DNA from: Tubiluchus corallicola
Lineage: Eukaryota; Animalia; Priapulida
Direction of reading: 5' to 3'
Length of the DNA stretch: 64,000 bases
Assembly (NCBI GenBank): GCA_030141605.1
Contig: JAQGDQ010000397.1
Location: 62,001-126,000 of the forward strand
Shown piece by piece: positions 38,200 through 52,367 of the stretch. Positions within the stretch are counted from its first letter, which is position 1, and each line of letters begins with the position of its first letter. Made by a program: the position numbers and the translations under genes. Below the pieces are notes generated by a model. The model ran no database searches. It was not told the origin of the DNA and saw nothing but the letters and a program-made list of their open reading frames with translations.

Positions 38200-40513
38200 A
38201 TACGTTTTCTGACTCTTTTAAATTGTTGGTGGTTTTTGATTAGTCTTATTATTAATTTTTGTAATTTGTTACATGCCTTGTATAAACGCCTCGATCTAGT
38301 GTCATCTCGTTGATGGTTTACATTAATGCGTGCGCACAGCTGGAGGAACAGGTGCAAAAAAACTCGGGAATGCCCTTTTAGCTTCATATTTCGCGAAATT
38401 CATATCTCTTATTTCTAGAAAGTGGAAACGGCCTTGAAACGGTGCTGGTAACGGATTGATAGCCCTTCCAACGGTGTGTATTATAGCAAAATTCCTGGGA
38501 ATACCATGTGACCATTTAGCAGGCGTTTTCTCAGACCCAGCTTTGAAATGGCATATAATAGTTCTTTGGGAAGAAGAGGAAAGGGGATATGCGTCGACTG
38601 AAAAAGCCAGCGTTCTGACGTCATTCCATGGCACTCTGCCTATAATTCTGCTTCAATATGCAATAATTCTGCTATTGGCTGTTATAATGAAGCATTGCAA
38701 TAGTATTCTATTACGATTAAAAGAAGCAGTTTGCAAACATGTAGAACATGTAGAATACCCATTATGTTGATCATTGGTGATTCGATCTAATAGCATTTGT
38801 CATATCAAACAGTTTCAACCTTCGCAATACTGTTGTGATGCCCGTGTTGGTATTGTAAGGTGTCACTGTCATTATCGTTATGACCAAAAATCACCGCCAT
38901 CATCATCATGATCACGACATTGGTTGGGTGTGGTGCGTTATGACATAGTGGATGTATTGAGTACGCTGTGGATGGTATGATGTGGTAGGTGTTGAAGCGA
39001 TAAGTGGTGAATTGTGGGTAGGTGGCGCGCTGTGCTGCGGGTGGTGTTGTTGTGTGGTGGGTTGAATGTTGAATGGCGTGGTGCATGTGGTGTGGTGGGT
39101 TCAGCGTGCTGCTGCAGACATGGTGTAGGTGGTATGGTGTGTGTGGTGTGATGTGGAATTTGTGTTGGTATATGTGGTGTGAGTGGTGTGTGTGGTGACG
39201 CAGTGTAATGTTGTGTCATTGTGGGTTTATGTGCATGGTATTTTTGCAGGTATTGGCTAATAATTGTAATTGTGATTATTGCATTGTAGCCTGTCCACAC
39301 TGCTTAAAACTTTACGAATTTATACCAATGTTTCTTTTTGACCTGAGAATGTTCATTTTGTGAATGCTACGATTATCTGATTTAATTACTTTGAGCGTGA
39401 TTTGCACATGTTAATTGTTTAAAGACGGGATAATAATCTTTTCCGTTGGGATGATTTTGCGAATGACTAATGACGGACTCAGAAGATCGAGAATCGGCTG
39501 AAGGTTGCTGCTGGTAATGGTTGGAGAGTCGTTTCAATAGTTGGTGTAGACGGCATATTAAAATTTGCAGGTATTTCACGACGTCCCTCAATGGACTCTT
39601 ACACACAAATGTTCTGAAAAACAGCCTCCAGGTAAACTCAATTTGTCGTCTGTCTGGGCATGTTGGGGAAAAAACAGGTGCATTACCGGAAAAAGTGCGA
39701 GACTTTGTACCAGATGTGGAGGTATCATTGGGAACGAGGTCCACTAGACGAAATTGAAGGGTGGCATTTCAACACCCCTGTGTTGCACGCTATTTGTAAC
39801 ATCCATTGTTTTTGAGTTTGATCAATTTTGAGGCTGTTACAGGCATTGTCGTCTTCCGCCATTGCACTATTATTTGTACATGTATATTAAATCTGTTTGC
39901 ATATAACCAAAAGAGAACCATTAAGCAAAACCATGTAGAATGTCTGTGCATTATTGATCATTGATGGGCATTGTTTTGCATGGTCTCACAATGATACTCA
40001 GCTGTTGGCTTAAATGTTTTAGATGTCATATCATCATCGTCATTAACACTGTAATCACCACATGATATTGTGGATTTGATGTGATTTGGCGTAATGTGAT
40101 CTGGCTGGTGTGGTATTGATGGTGTGGTGTGAGTGACATGGTGTGGTGTGTGTGAATAATGTGGTGGGGTGAGTGTTGTGTGGTGTAGAGTTATTATGGT
40201 TAGTTTTGGTGCAGCATGGTGTGTGTGGTGTGCTGTGGTGAACATGGTGTGATGTCAAGGAATGGTGTGGGTGGCATGTTGTGAGTGAAGTAGTGAGTTG
40301 GTGTGGTGTGATGTGGATGGTGTGTTGTGAGTCGGACCTTTGGTAGTTGTGGTCTGGGAGGTGTGGTGCAGTGTGGGTGGTGTGTTGTAAGTGTAGCAGT
40401 GGGTTGGTTTGATGTAATGTGACTGTTGTGTTGTGAGTGGGGTGGTTGTGTGGCGTGGTGGGAGTTGTTGTTGTGAGTTTATGTGCAAAATTTGCTATGT
40501 GTGATTTGGCTAG
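38200..40513 (+). mobile_element. Two tandem non-autonomous Helitron-like units with (GTGTG)n-rich 3' arms
   Basis: Bodies are reverse complements of 53800-54400. Unit ends are ...ttatgtgca...tgcaggtattggCTAA (39270) and ...ttatgtgcaaaatttgc...tttggCTAG|T (40510-40514). Confidence 0.65.
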
Positions 40514-43500
40514 TTTTGGCCGGGCAACAAATCCCTATGCCTTCTTACACAGAGAAAATAGTTATGTGCGAATGAAAAACTGGTAATGCAGTTTTTACTG
40601 CCTCCCCCACCCAAATTTTAGTGCATCAGGAAAATTCAGTTCTTACCAAAGAGCACACAAAAATGATCTATTTTCATTGAGTTTTAAAAATACCAGCTTT
40701 GATGTTACAGGGATATTTTTGTCTTCTTCAAACAATTCGCTTTAGAAAATTACACTTTCATATCGAACCTTGTTTGCTCAAGTGGTAGAGTGCTTAAAAT
40801 TCCTTTCCTCTAATCTGAACAGCTATTATTATTACACAGCCTCTCATTTATTATAATAGCAAAAGAGACTGGTTTTTACCCACATGCTTGCAGAACAAAT
40901 TCTTTAAAAAGCTTTAAAAGACAAAAACTGAAACTTAATTTTATTTGTGATTAAGATATTCCAAGCTGCTATATTATTATAAACATGATGTACAATGAAA
41001 ATAACAAAAGCAATGAAAAAAGGATAGTCCTCAGCAGACTTGAATGTAAAAACATCAGTGCACTGCGTATTGCTAAATTAGTGATCGAGAATTGATTACA
41101 TATAAAAGAATGTAGTTTTTAATCAACAATCAAATGCAATATTCAGAAGTGGATATTGTTCCTCGCAGGAAAGTTGTGATGTCGTACATTACTATTAACC
41201 TTGTCTGTGTTTGCTCTTCTTTATTTTACCTTTCCTATGTGTGGAATGCAGTCTTTGAAATTTGAGGTTGTAATTGTTCTGCTTTATTTTCTTAAATCTT
41301 TTCCAAGTGCGTAATGCAGTCATTGAAATTTTTCTGGTTTGTTTTCTTTACTCTTTTGCTGGCATCTTTCTCTAGGCTCCAAAGCTGATTTATTGACACA
41401 AGATATTCTTAAGTAAATTACAGAAATTTTTCACATCCCAACACTAAGAAAACAAATTCTAAGACGAATATTTATGGGCCTCGGATTTGAAAGCTCTTTC
41501 TTTTCACAGGGGTAGCAGGTCTTGAGTGGCTGATTTGCTCATGAACTTAATAACATGGAAAAATATTTTTGTTCACTTGTTTACAGGAAACTATTAATCC
41601 TTTTAAAACAATGGCAGATAGGATTTGAAATGACGTTGAAATAATTTTCAAAAATTTCCGCCGCCCCCCCCCCCAGCATTTTCAGTAATACCTGGTTAAC
41701 AAAGTTTCATATGTAACGGTATCAGCAGATTTGGCAAAATGTTAATTTTTCACGGGAAAAACAAAAATGTCCTAAAACCTTTTTCAGTTATAGGGCATTC
41801 GGTTTATTCAATTGTTCTTACTTAACTCTTTCCCTGTCGTCATTCCCAGGTGTTTAGGTTAGTTTACCCAAGATGTTAAAATGTGGGAAAATATTATTCT
41901 TTACTTCAGAGCCACTTTAACCCTACTCAAAATCAAAAACAGGACTTGAATAAACAGAATGTAAAGAGTCTTTTGTTCTCACGTGCCTGATCACATAAGC
42001 TTTCTCCATTTTGTCCAAACAGCAATTATTATTAAGCAGTTTCACCCTCCATTACCACAAGAAGAGCTTTTAGTCCGATGTTTACAATACAAACACTTTT
42101 AAAAGCTTTTCCTTTCAATCTTAACAAATCATCTTATTGCATGTCTCTCAGGGCGCTATATTATTACAAGCATAAAACTTCCAACAAAAATAATAGAACA
42201 CACCTGTGCTTTGATAACAAAGCTCTGTTCCCAGTGCTCAGAGACGGAACTGCTGAACAATGCTTATCACTGCAGAGAATTGCCCTTTCATACATAGCCA
42301 TGTTTTGCCCATGTGTATGAACACTTAAAATTGTCTGTGTTTTTTTTCAAACACCCATTGTTACGCAGCTTCGTCTATATTTTCACGGCAAGGGTAGAAT
42401 TATTCTCCTCTGTGTTTTAAACAGAACTATATTAAAATGCTTTGAAATAAAAGAAATTCAAACTGAATTATTGGGGCCATAAATCTTTTATAATCTTATC
42501 AAAATGTGGCATTTCCTAATCGGTTATATTATTACAAATCTTACTTCAAAGATTGCATTTTAATTTTGATTTAAAATATGTAATAATAAGCATACCTAGA
42601 ATCACTTTTTCTTAAGTCTTTTACGTACTTGCTAATTAGTGCTGTTTGTTAATTATTTTTTTTTGCAAAATTCTGCAGTTACTATTATACTATTGTATAC
42701 CAGGTTATGTTGGCATTAATTTTCATTCTAGGAATTACTAAAGCAGTTGTTAGAAATTTTCATTATTCAGCCTTTTCTGCTGCTTCTTGACATTCATTAT
42801 CGGGTAGTGTACATACTCTGGATGATGAAAATATTTTACATAATCATGCAAGTCTGTGTACAGCGTAGGAGACACGAGGTGCACTCACATTAATGCTGGA
42901 GCAGTGAGTGTAGTGATGCGTGCATGGAAGCAGCGATACACATGAGAGCTCATGGGTAGGAGTGATTGACAGCCCTGGAGTGCAGCATGCATGTCTAGCA
43001 ATGGCGGGTGATCCAAGTACAGAATATCATTGGGTAGCATCGGTCAGCCATCTAGTGTACAAAATCGCAACTAATGCAACTGCTACAATATGTTGCAATA
43101 GAAAATCCAATATGAGACAACAGTTAGCTAAGTGAATCAGCACTGCTACACAACATATTATCTGTTTAAAGGCTTTCCGTGAACATGGCAAAATCTGGTA
43201 AAAATGTTAACACTACAATAAAGCTTACTGTGGATGCACCCAACCACTATTAACAAAAATGGCAATACAGCTTCGATTTGGTGCGACATACATGAATGAA
43301 ATTTAGTTTATAAAGTACAAAGATCGAACAATGAGAAGAAAATAGTAACAGCATAAATTTGGTGAAAAAATAATAATTAACAAACAGTAGTGGTGAACAA
43401 GTACCCAAATGAGTTGAGGAAAAACGATTGTAGGTACATTAAATTTTAGTAATATGAATTTAAATGAAAATTAATACGCAGTCTTAGAAGAAACACCCAA

Positions 43501-46500
43501 GCTGTGCAGGAAAAAGCAACAGATCAGCCAAGGACAAATTAAGGTCGTTTAATCTTTTAACAGGAATTTCTCATTAAAAATAGATGACTTGAGGTTCAAA
43601 AACATTTAATAATTGAACTTTACTAGAGACTTTATAATAAGCACTATTAACAAGTTTTGCAAGATTGCACAGTAAATGATCTGCATAGTCATGCCCATGA
43701 AAGTGATAACAGTTGTTCAGTATGGCACGCATGACAATAACTGCAGCTGCTGTTTAAATCCGCCACAAACTTTCGCGCACTAGAAATTTTGTTTGGAATT
43801 TAATAGTAAGTTAAATCTTGTGAATTGTTGATCTAAGATGTGGTTTACGCCCTGCAAAGAGAGAACGATTCCAATCCTTAATAACTGCCATTTATTACAT
43901 GATGTAATGACTGAATGAATGAAAACCTAGGCATTAACAGTTCTGTATTGATTCTGCAAATCTTGGCAGCCTGTGAAACAGTGGATAGTGCCCGACCTGC
44001 AAGCGCTCATGATAAACCGTTTACACAGACATTACAAATTTTTGTTTGTTTTAAATCTCCCGCAATACTATTCCGACCGCGCCATTACATGACGTAATAC
44101 ACGCTCTACGTAAATCAGGGGAAGAAAAGGAATGTTACATTATGTCCCAAAAAACTTTTCCATGCAAATCTATATTGCTAAGCTTTTCGCTTACCCGCTT
44201 TAAGGACATATGTAACAAGAAAAAAAGATTTTTAATTATTAAAATGTTTTCACCAATTGGTAATATGTTGCCGACTCTCTCTCCAGGGTGCGCCACTCAC
44301 TAACCAAAAACGTATTTTTAATCTTTTTGACAAGATATAGTAATTTAAAATTTTGCTCAGGCAGTGACGCATGAGCTACAAATTCTTTGCTTATTTTACA
44401 AAGTTTACACAATGTTATCTAAACTTGTTTCAAATGGACGTGTCGTCAAAATGGCTGCATCTAACGGTTTTCTCTTGAGTTTAAATTTACATGCTTTGTA
44501 CAGCAAGACTGTCGATTTAAGTCGAGTACGTAAAACGGCAGTAAATAAGTGATATGAAATTTCAAGACGAATTTTTTAAGCTTTATGTAGGTGGAGTGTT
44601 TCCTTGCGCTTTAAAGTATCTCAAATGTTGGTAATTTTAGAAAACTTTTTAACACAGCTATTGTCTATGTGATCACTGTTTCTAATTACTGCTTAAATGA
44701 TTCTATTATCATTCTATAATATACAAAACCTATGTCTGCATAAAGGCTTTAGTAGTCTGCACAACTATAATAATATTAAACAAATCTTTTGTAAATAAGT
44801 TGTGGTCATGTTCACTTGCCTTACATGAACGATTTGTGAGACATGGGTTTGATAACAAAGCTCTATTCCCAGTGCTCTCAGACGGAACTGCATTTGATCT
44901 GCAGGTGGCGTGAAGAATATCTAGCGATAAAATTTATGCACTATAGGACTGTTTTGCCCTAGTTGCGCCCTGTTTAAAAACTGGAAAGAATGGGTTAAAA
45001 GACAGACACCAATTATCAATAGATGGGAGAATCTTTTTGTTTAGTTAATCTGAAACTCCAAGTGAAAGAGTTCAGAAGAGATGGAAAGCAAATACAGACA
45101 AGAATTTCTATAGAACGTAGAAGCTTTTTTGTTTGGTTAAGCTGCCTACCTGGAACTCCCAGGGGAAGAGTTAACAAAAGATGGAAAGCAAATACAGACA
45201 CGAAAGTCAATAGAATGCAGAAGGTTTTTTGTTTGGTTAAGCTGCCTACCTGGAACTCCCAGGGGAAGAGTTAACAAAAGATGGATGATTTGGTGAAGTA
45301 CTTTTGTTTTCTATGCGAACTATTAAAAATAATAGCGACTCTAAACTTTGCCTTGAGAAGGGCATTTTAACTAAATTGTGCTGCACGATAGTAACACTTT
45401 TACAACTTATCGACATTATGTAATCACTTTTGTCAGAGTTTTAGTATTTTTAGTTCTACAAATTCACGGGGTTTCAAAAAAACATCAAAATTCTCAGTAT
45501 TGTTTCCCAGTCAAAAATGCCTCAAAGAGGTCTATTTTATCAAAAACGCTAATTTATTATTCATGATTTATTATATAGCACTGAACTATAGCCAAAATTT
45601 AATATCTTGGTTGAGTAAAATTTGCTAAACTTTTGACGTAATGCAAATTTGCAGACTTCCTAAAACTGCAGCTTTCTGTAATATATAAAGTTCTTCAGGC
45701 TAAAAACTTTCAAAGAAATTTTAAATTCTATCTTCATCAATGATGTTAAACATGCATCGAGAGTGCACTCACACTTAAAATTAACTTAAAGAAATCAACA
45801 CATGAGAAAACTCAGGAAGAGGCACCAGGAATAGTAACGGAAAATAATTTCTTCATAATATACGACGATTTTCGAAAGTTTCTTAAAAGATCGAGAATAA
45901 CCCTAAAAGTTTATACCAAAAGAAGATATTCTACTTTTTTGGGTAAATCTAACAGGTAGTTACTTTTTGGGTAACTGCGGGCGATGTTGAACAAGTTGAG
46001 AGGTGGCGTGAAGAATATCTAGTGATAAAAGTTAGGCACTATAGGACCTTACAACTAAATAGTTGGGTGGCTGCTGAAAAAAGCACATCTCTCATATTAC
46101 CTGGTTTTTCAAGGGTAGAGAGAATACAGTAAATATGGTGAGTCTAGAATGGCATAAGGAGTAACTGCCGAGCAATGGACGATTATGCTTTGCAAGCACA
46201 CATTTTGCACTTATCATTGAATACAAATAAAGCAATTCTGAATAATCACAAATCATTTTTTAATAAACGAAAAGTCTTTTTAATATCGATAAATATTTAT
46301 ACTTTTCGTTTTTCAATATTCATATGTCTGATGTTTATTTATACTAAAATTTCAATTACGATTTACTAACTCTATGTTGCATAGTTTTATACCTTATCAT
46401 CTTCATTGTATGATGGTTTGTTACTCTATAATGTGACAGAGCAACTAATCATGTTGGTCGTTAATTTAATCTGATTTCTTTCTTGGCAGTTTACAGTTTT

Positions 46501-49500
46501 TTTCCAATGCAAAGTAATTCACAAGTTTACCGATTAAATATTCCACATCAAGACTGAATCAGGTGAATTACTAAATCTGATTTCCTACTTTCCTTATTCT
46601 TTCTGAGCAGTACCTGCCAAGGTACTTAAACCCTGCTAAGTACCAGTACTTTCAACAAGATTTTGTGTCCTTTCCTCTTAATTAAAATTGACCCAGGGGT
46701 AGAGGCTTGCTGTACCGACTGCATACCAGTTTGCATTTTTCAATTTTTCTAATCTAGCGCTAAAATTTTTGCCTGATTTTGCGTTGTGCAGAAAGTTAGT
46801 ATAAGTCTTGAAAGTAATAAATTGTTGAGTCATGAATCGTTTGCCAGTTCTGCGCATGAGCATTCATGTACGCTTCACTACACTCACTGCTCCTGCACAT
46901 GCGCAAGAACACCTCGTTTCTGCCACGCTCTATGCAGACCCCCGGGTTTGATCAAATATTTTCACCATCCAGTGTTTGTACCCAAAAATGAATGCCAAAA
47001 AATTCATGAAATGCATGCGTAATAAAAATTTCCAACAACAGTTTTGGTAGATTCATGAAATGAAAATTAATGACAACAGAACCTGGTTCTTAAATAAATT
47101 TGTATTTTCATGATACACTGCCAAATTTAATTGTGAGTGGTGGCGGCGGTATAAACTACATCAGTATTCTTGTATTTTCATTTAATTCTGAGATAATTAT
47201 TTTCTCTGCACGAATCTGTTCTACAGTCAAAACTAGAATTTCTTTGTCTGGGCACATTTTTGCTACAGGATTTTGTGGCACAGTGTCTGCAACACAAAAT
47301 GTTCTCTCCGTGATCTAAATTGCTCATAATTTCTATCAAAACATCGTTTATCGTATACTCAAATATGGCTAAGAGACCATTTATTCGCAGCATCCATTAA
47401 TTATAACAACACAATGTAAAAACAGTAGTATTCATACTAAAGAGCGGACAAAAATCATCCGTTGTCATTGAGTTTTAATAATAACAGAGTTGGCGCCAGA
47501 GAGGGACAATTTCTGTCTTCAGCAAACAAATCACTTTAGAGAATTACCCTTTTCGTATCGAGCCATGTTTGCCTATTAAAATTGCCTGCGTCTTGTTCAA
47601 ACAGCTATTATTATCACTCAGCCTCGTATTTGTTGTGATGGTAAAAGAATCAGGTTTTTCCCACTTTGTTTTCAAATGGATTTCTGACTTTTACACTCAG
47701 CGGATCAGGATGTAGAAAACCACATTGTGTTGCATCTCTTTGTGCAAGATTAGTGATTATAAAAGGATGTAGTACTTTCGCATAAAACAGTTTAAAGTTT
47801 CTCATAAACAGTAAGTGATGTTAAAACGTGAGTTAAGGTGAAATCATATGCAAGAAGGAGGCTATTATACCAAAAAGCGACTGAATAATGAGAAATGTTT
47901 TTACTTCACACTCCTTTGTAGAAAAGCTTATGTTAATTTTCCTGGAATGTCGTAGATTATTAACAGTCTTGTCTGTATTTGCTCAACTTTATTTTGTTAA
48001 CTCTTTCACAGGCGTGGAATGCGGGTTTTTGAAATTCAAGAACCTTGTAATCACTCTGCTTTATTTACTTAACTCTTTCCCAGGCGTCTTTTTCTTACCC
48101 AGGCTAACGTATTGACACAAGATCTTAATTTAAATTCAGAATGTTTCACATCTTCAGCACAAAGGAGGAAAACTTGTTTTAAAATAAACATTGCAGCATC
48201 TTTCAAAACTCTCTGTGTTGAATGATTTTGAAGGAACGTTAATGTTTACACAGTCAGACATTTCTTCTGAAACTTGAACTTTGTTGTACATACTATTTCA
48301 AGACAACTTTTCTGAAATCATGACGCACTAACAACGTAATTATATGTCGAAGTAATGGTATTGGAAAATTGAGACGTTTGTGATGTGGGCAAAGTTGAAG
48401 CTGGCACATTACCAAACACAATCCCTGAAGATGAGCCACTGAACTGCTAGAGGTTTCTCAGCCATGTTCGTACGTGAAACATCCTTTCTTTGCGGCGTAA
48501 ACAACCAGGATCAGCAGCAGAGCAAATGAAACTTCCACAATAAGTATCGAAGTCTCACCAAACGTGCAAGGAATGAATCCGCCTGCAATTTATATATAAA
48601 AATGTGTTTAATAGAATTACAGCTGATAGACCTCTATAATCTTTGTGAAGACATTTTTTATTTTACAGCATTATAATATAATCGTTAAAAGCAATAATTA
48701 GTAGCAGTAACTAGTAGCAATGATCAATGAGACAATAGCTGTGCCAAAAATGTTTTTAAAATATCAAACATTTGAAAAATCGCAACTCGTATTTGTGTAA
48801 ACTGTTTATCGTGGGAGTTTCAAGGTTGGTCGTTACCCATAATTTCTCACGCTGCCAAAATTATTATGAAATCTGTTGAATAAATTTGAAAAGAGAGATT
48901 ATTGAACTGTTGCTTGATCGCAGACAATTTGTTTTACGGATCAAAATCCTCCTTTGTGTGTTGAGGACGTGTGATGCCATAAACTACATCTCAGCTTAAT
49001 ACTTCACAAAATTTCAATTGTTGAAGATTAAAGCCTTTGTTTGCTTTGCGTGACTCGCTTCTCGGGTAAATACTTCTCGAGATTTCACTTATTGTTAAAT
49101 TCCTAGCCGGGTTGCTGATGATTAAAATCTTACACTGGGTGTAGAATATTTACAGATCAGATTAATTTCACAAGAAATTTAATCTTTCAGAGAGTGTGTT
49201 TATACAGCGCCATTGTTCAAATTTCTGATGAAACTCCTAGGTAACATTTACTTTATGAACAACAACTGATTGTTTCTATTAAGATTTAAACAACAAAGCG
49301 CTGCATTAGGCAAACTGATTAAAGTGCAACAAAACTATTAAAATTAACACAATTATAGAAATAAAGAAATTTGATGAGTAAAGGCTGTCAAGAGTTTCTC
49401 CTGTATAGGAGATGCCGAGCTACGTAACATGTTTACAGTATTGTTTAGTTTTCGGTCCCTCCACAAGATGCTTTTAGGTGAATGGACGGCTGGTGACAAT

Positions 49501-50494
49501 AGATCATTGGCGTCTTGGCCATTTCATGTCAATTGTGCCACGTTGTGTCTTTCTATAGAATTTCTTTATTTCTTTGACGTCACTTTGTTTGTCTTGTTTC
49601 TTAAGAACTTTTCCAGTTTGTTTAAGCACTTATAAAGTATTTGAACCGCGAGCTACAGACAAAGCTCACGTCCTAGATATAAGAGTTTCTAAAATAAGTG
49701 ATTCTAATTTCTAATAATTTAAGTCTGAGAAATAATTCTGATTGCTTTGTAGCCGCCTAACAAAGAGATGCATGAAATTTTATAAAAAGCTGCTGTGATT
49801 ATAGTTGTCTGCAAACATCTTAAAGCCGACATTGAATACTAAAATAAACAGAGCTGTCAGACAGCTGCATTTTCCCGGATTAAATTAAGAACTGATTACT
49901 CAAGATTCCATGAGAAAAGATTTAGCTGTTGGTTAGAATTCTCCTAGTTTTGGTTTGTCTACAGTTTAAAAAGATATGTAGAGTATTACTATAAAAGCAT
50001 TGAGTTTTTATATAAACAAGAACAATTTTGGTGGTGGTGGAGGTAGAGCGACATCATCTTAATTATCAACATCATTACCACTATCAGCAGCAGGAGCAGC
50101 AGCAACAACAGCAACAACAACAACAACGAGAGTACAGCAGAGCTGCAGCGACAAGGTCAAGAGTAATGAAAAAACCGTTGCTGTGACAAAAGATTTTTTT
50201 AAAAAACACAAAAGTTCACTCAATAATTAGAAAGTTGCAAAATTGTTATTGCATTAATTGGAACATCAGTGTTTATTTTGGTGAGCATTTCAAGGCTGGT
50301 CATTTCCCAGTAGTTCTCACGCTGCTAAGTTTATTTTGAAACTTGCTGAACCACTAAAAAAATGACGTTATCATTGTCAGTCAATATTAAGTTCTAGACA
50401 GAATTGCGAGGGATTAAAATCTTCCTTTCTTGTAAGGCATCATCTGTGTGTCAGCACAGTACTTCAAAAGCAAAGGACCCGCGAAATATTTTGT

Positions 50495-50510
50495 GCTGTA
50501 GCCTCATCCG

Positions 50511-50545
<35 letters not shown>

Positions 50546-51835
50546 ATATAACTTTAATTCACTATCACCTGGGGGATATATATATATATATCTCCGAAAA
50601 ACTAACAACAATAACCCAGACAACACCACACCAACTTGAATCACCAATCTCAATACGCCACACCACCCACACCATACCACCTTTACATTAGCGCACTGCA
50701 CCACACAACACACCCCACTCACCACACCACACCACACATCCACACACCACCCCACTCACACCACACCACCCACACAACTCCAATGCACTGCACCACTCAC
50801 AGCATACCACCCACACCACACCACACATCCATCCACCACCCCACTCACACCACACCACTCACACTGCTCCAATACACTGCTCCACTCACAGCATACCACC
50901 CACACCACACCACTCAGACCATACTACACCACACCCACGACACTACTCCAACAAACTTCATGCACACCTTACCACCCCACCATGCCATCCACAGCACAAC
51001 ACCCACAGCACACCACCACCACCACCACCACCACACCACACAACACCCACCACATCACATGGTGATCATGATGTTGAAGGCGATGATGATGATGACGGCG
51101 GCAACAATGACGACACCTAAAGCACCAGCACCAACAGCACAGCATGACAAGAAAACCATTCCAAATATTTTCCTCAAAGTCAAAACTGTGTGTTATAATA
51201 AATGCTCTTAGTCTGTTTACCAATAATCAATAATGCGTGGACATTCCACATAGTTTTGTGTCCTGCTTCCCAGATGATAATAGGCTAACAGATCTTACAT
51301 GTATATCTATGACACTGTAGAACGACGGGTGACAACAATGCCTGGAACAGCCGCGAAATTTCTCAAAGTAAAAAACAATGGATGTTCCAAATAGCGTGCA
51401 GCACAGAGGGTAGAAAAAGAACTTTGAAGTACACGCGTTCCGCTTCGTCCAATATACATCTCTCCTAGGGAAACCACCAGTACTTTGTAGACCGTTTCGT
51501 CCTCTTTCTGTTGGTGTGCTTATTTTCTCCCTGTTTGGGCGTCCCGCAAAATGAGTAGTGGGTATTGTTGTCCCTCCCGCGAAATCTAAATATGACTATT
51601 ATACCCGTCGTTGAACACTAGACCACCCATACCTTACCACAACACCACACCAGCCACACAACACACCACACCCACCACACCACACCATCCACACCACATC
51701 ACACCACCCCCATCACACTACACCAACATGCCACATCACTCACAATACAACAACCACACCAACCCTCCACACCACTCACTATACACCAGCCACACCACAC
51801 CACAGCACCCACACCACACTACACCAACATCCCAT
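50495..51835 (-). mobile_element. Helitron-like tandem units (CACCA-rich on the + strand)
   Basis: 51060-51520 is nearly identical to 53770-54180. Degenerate junctions occur at ~50600 and ~51596. Confidence 0.65.
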
Positions 51836-52367
51836 AAAACGAATTACTATGAAGAAAATGCGTCTCTTACTTCCGATGGTATCTTTCTGATTTATTCACT
51901 CAGACTTACTATGTGGGTCCTGGAAATGTGGGAAAATTTTCCCTTTGCATCGAATTGTTTCTATTGAAATCGAAGATGCGCCCTAATCAAATCTTCCTGT
52001 AAAATCAGACACATCTAAGCGCCCAAAAAGAAAGGCTGTATATTTTCTCCTTCCTCTTTCCTTATTAAGATGCTAAATTGTTACTTTCCTTATACTTACT
52101 TTGTATACAAAGTGTGCGCCTGCTTATAAACCTGGAAAACCTATAGAAATGTTAGTTAAGTTATTGTTTGACAGAACCTGTATAGCAGACGAAGTAGCTG
52201 ACAAATCGCAAAAATGCTGTACAAACTTTATCCTAAACACAAAGTGTTAGACTAGTAGCCATTGTTGTATGTCATTGATGAAAATACTTACTAACACTTG
52301 GACATGCAGTTAGAACTCTACTACAATTACTGCGACTAGTAATTTTAAATCAAACAATTTATAAAGA

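Noticed and set aside
43690-44560. CpG-richer stretch with CAAAATGGC and TGACGTAA motifs and exon-like pieces, as a promoter or first exon
   Set aside because: No consistent open spliced frame, and such short motifs are expected by chance.
50636-51211. His/Thr/Pro-rich ORFs (191 aa here; similar at 38.9, 40, 51.6, 53.6 and 54.6 kb) as metal-binding proteins
   Set aside because: They are translations of stop-poor CACCA repeats; the His-rich parts are not conserved between copies and have no splice or start context.
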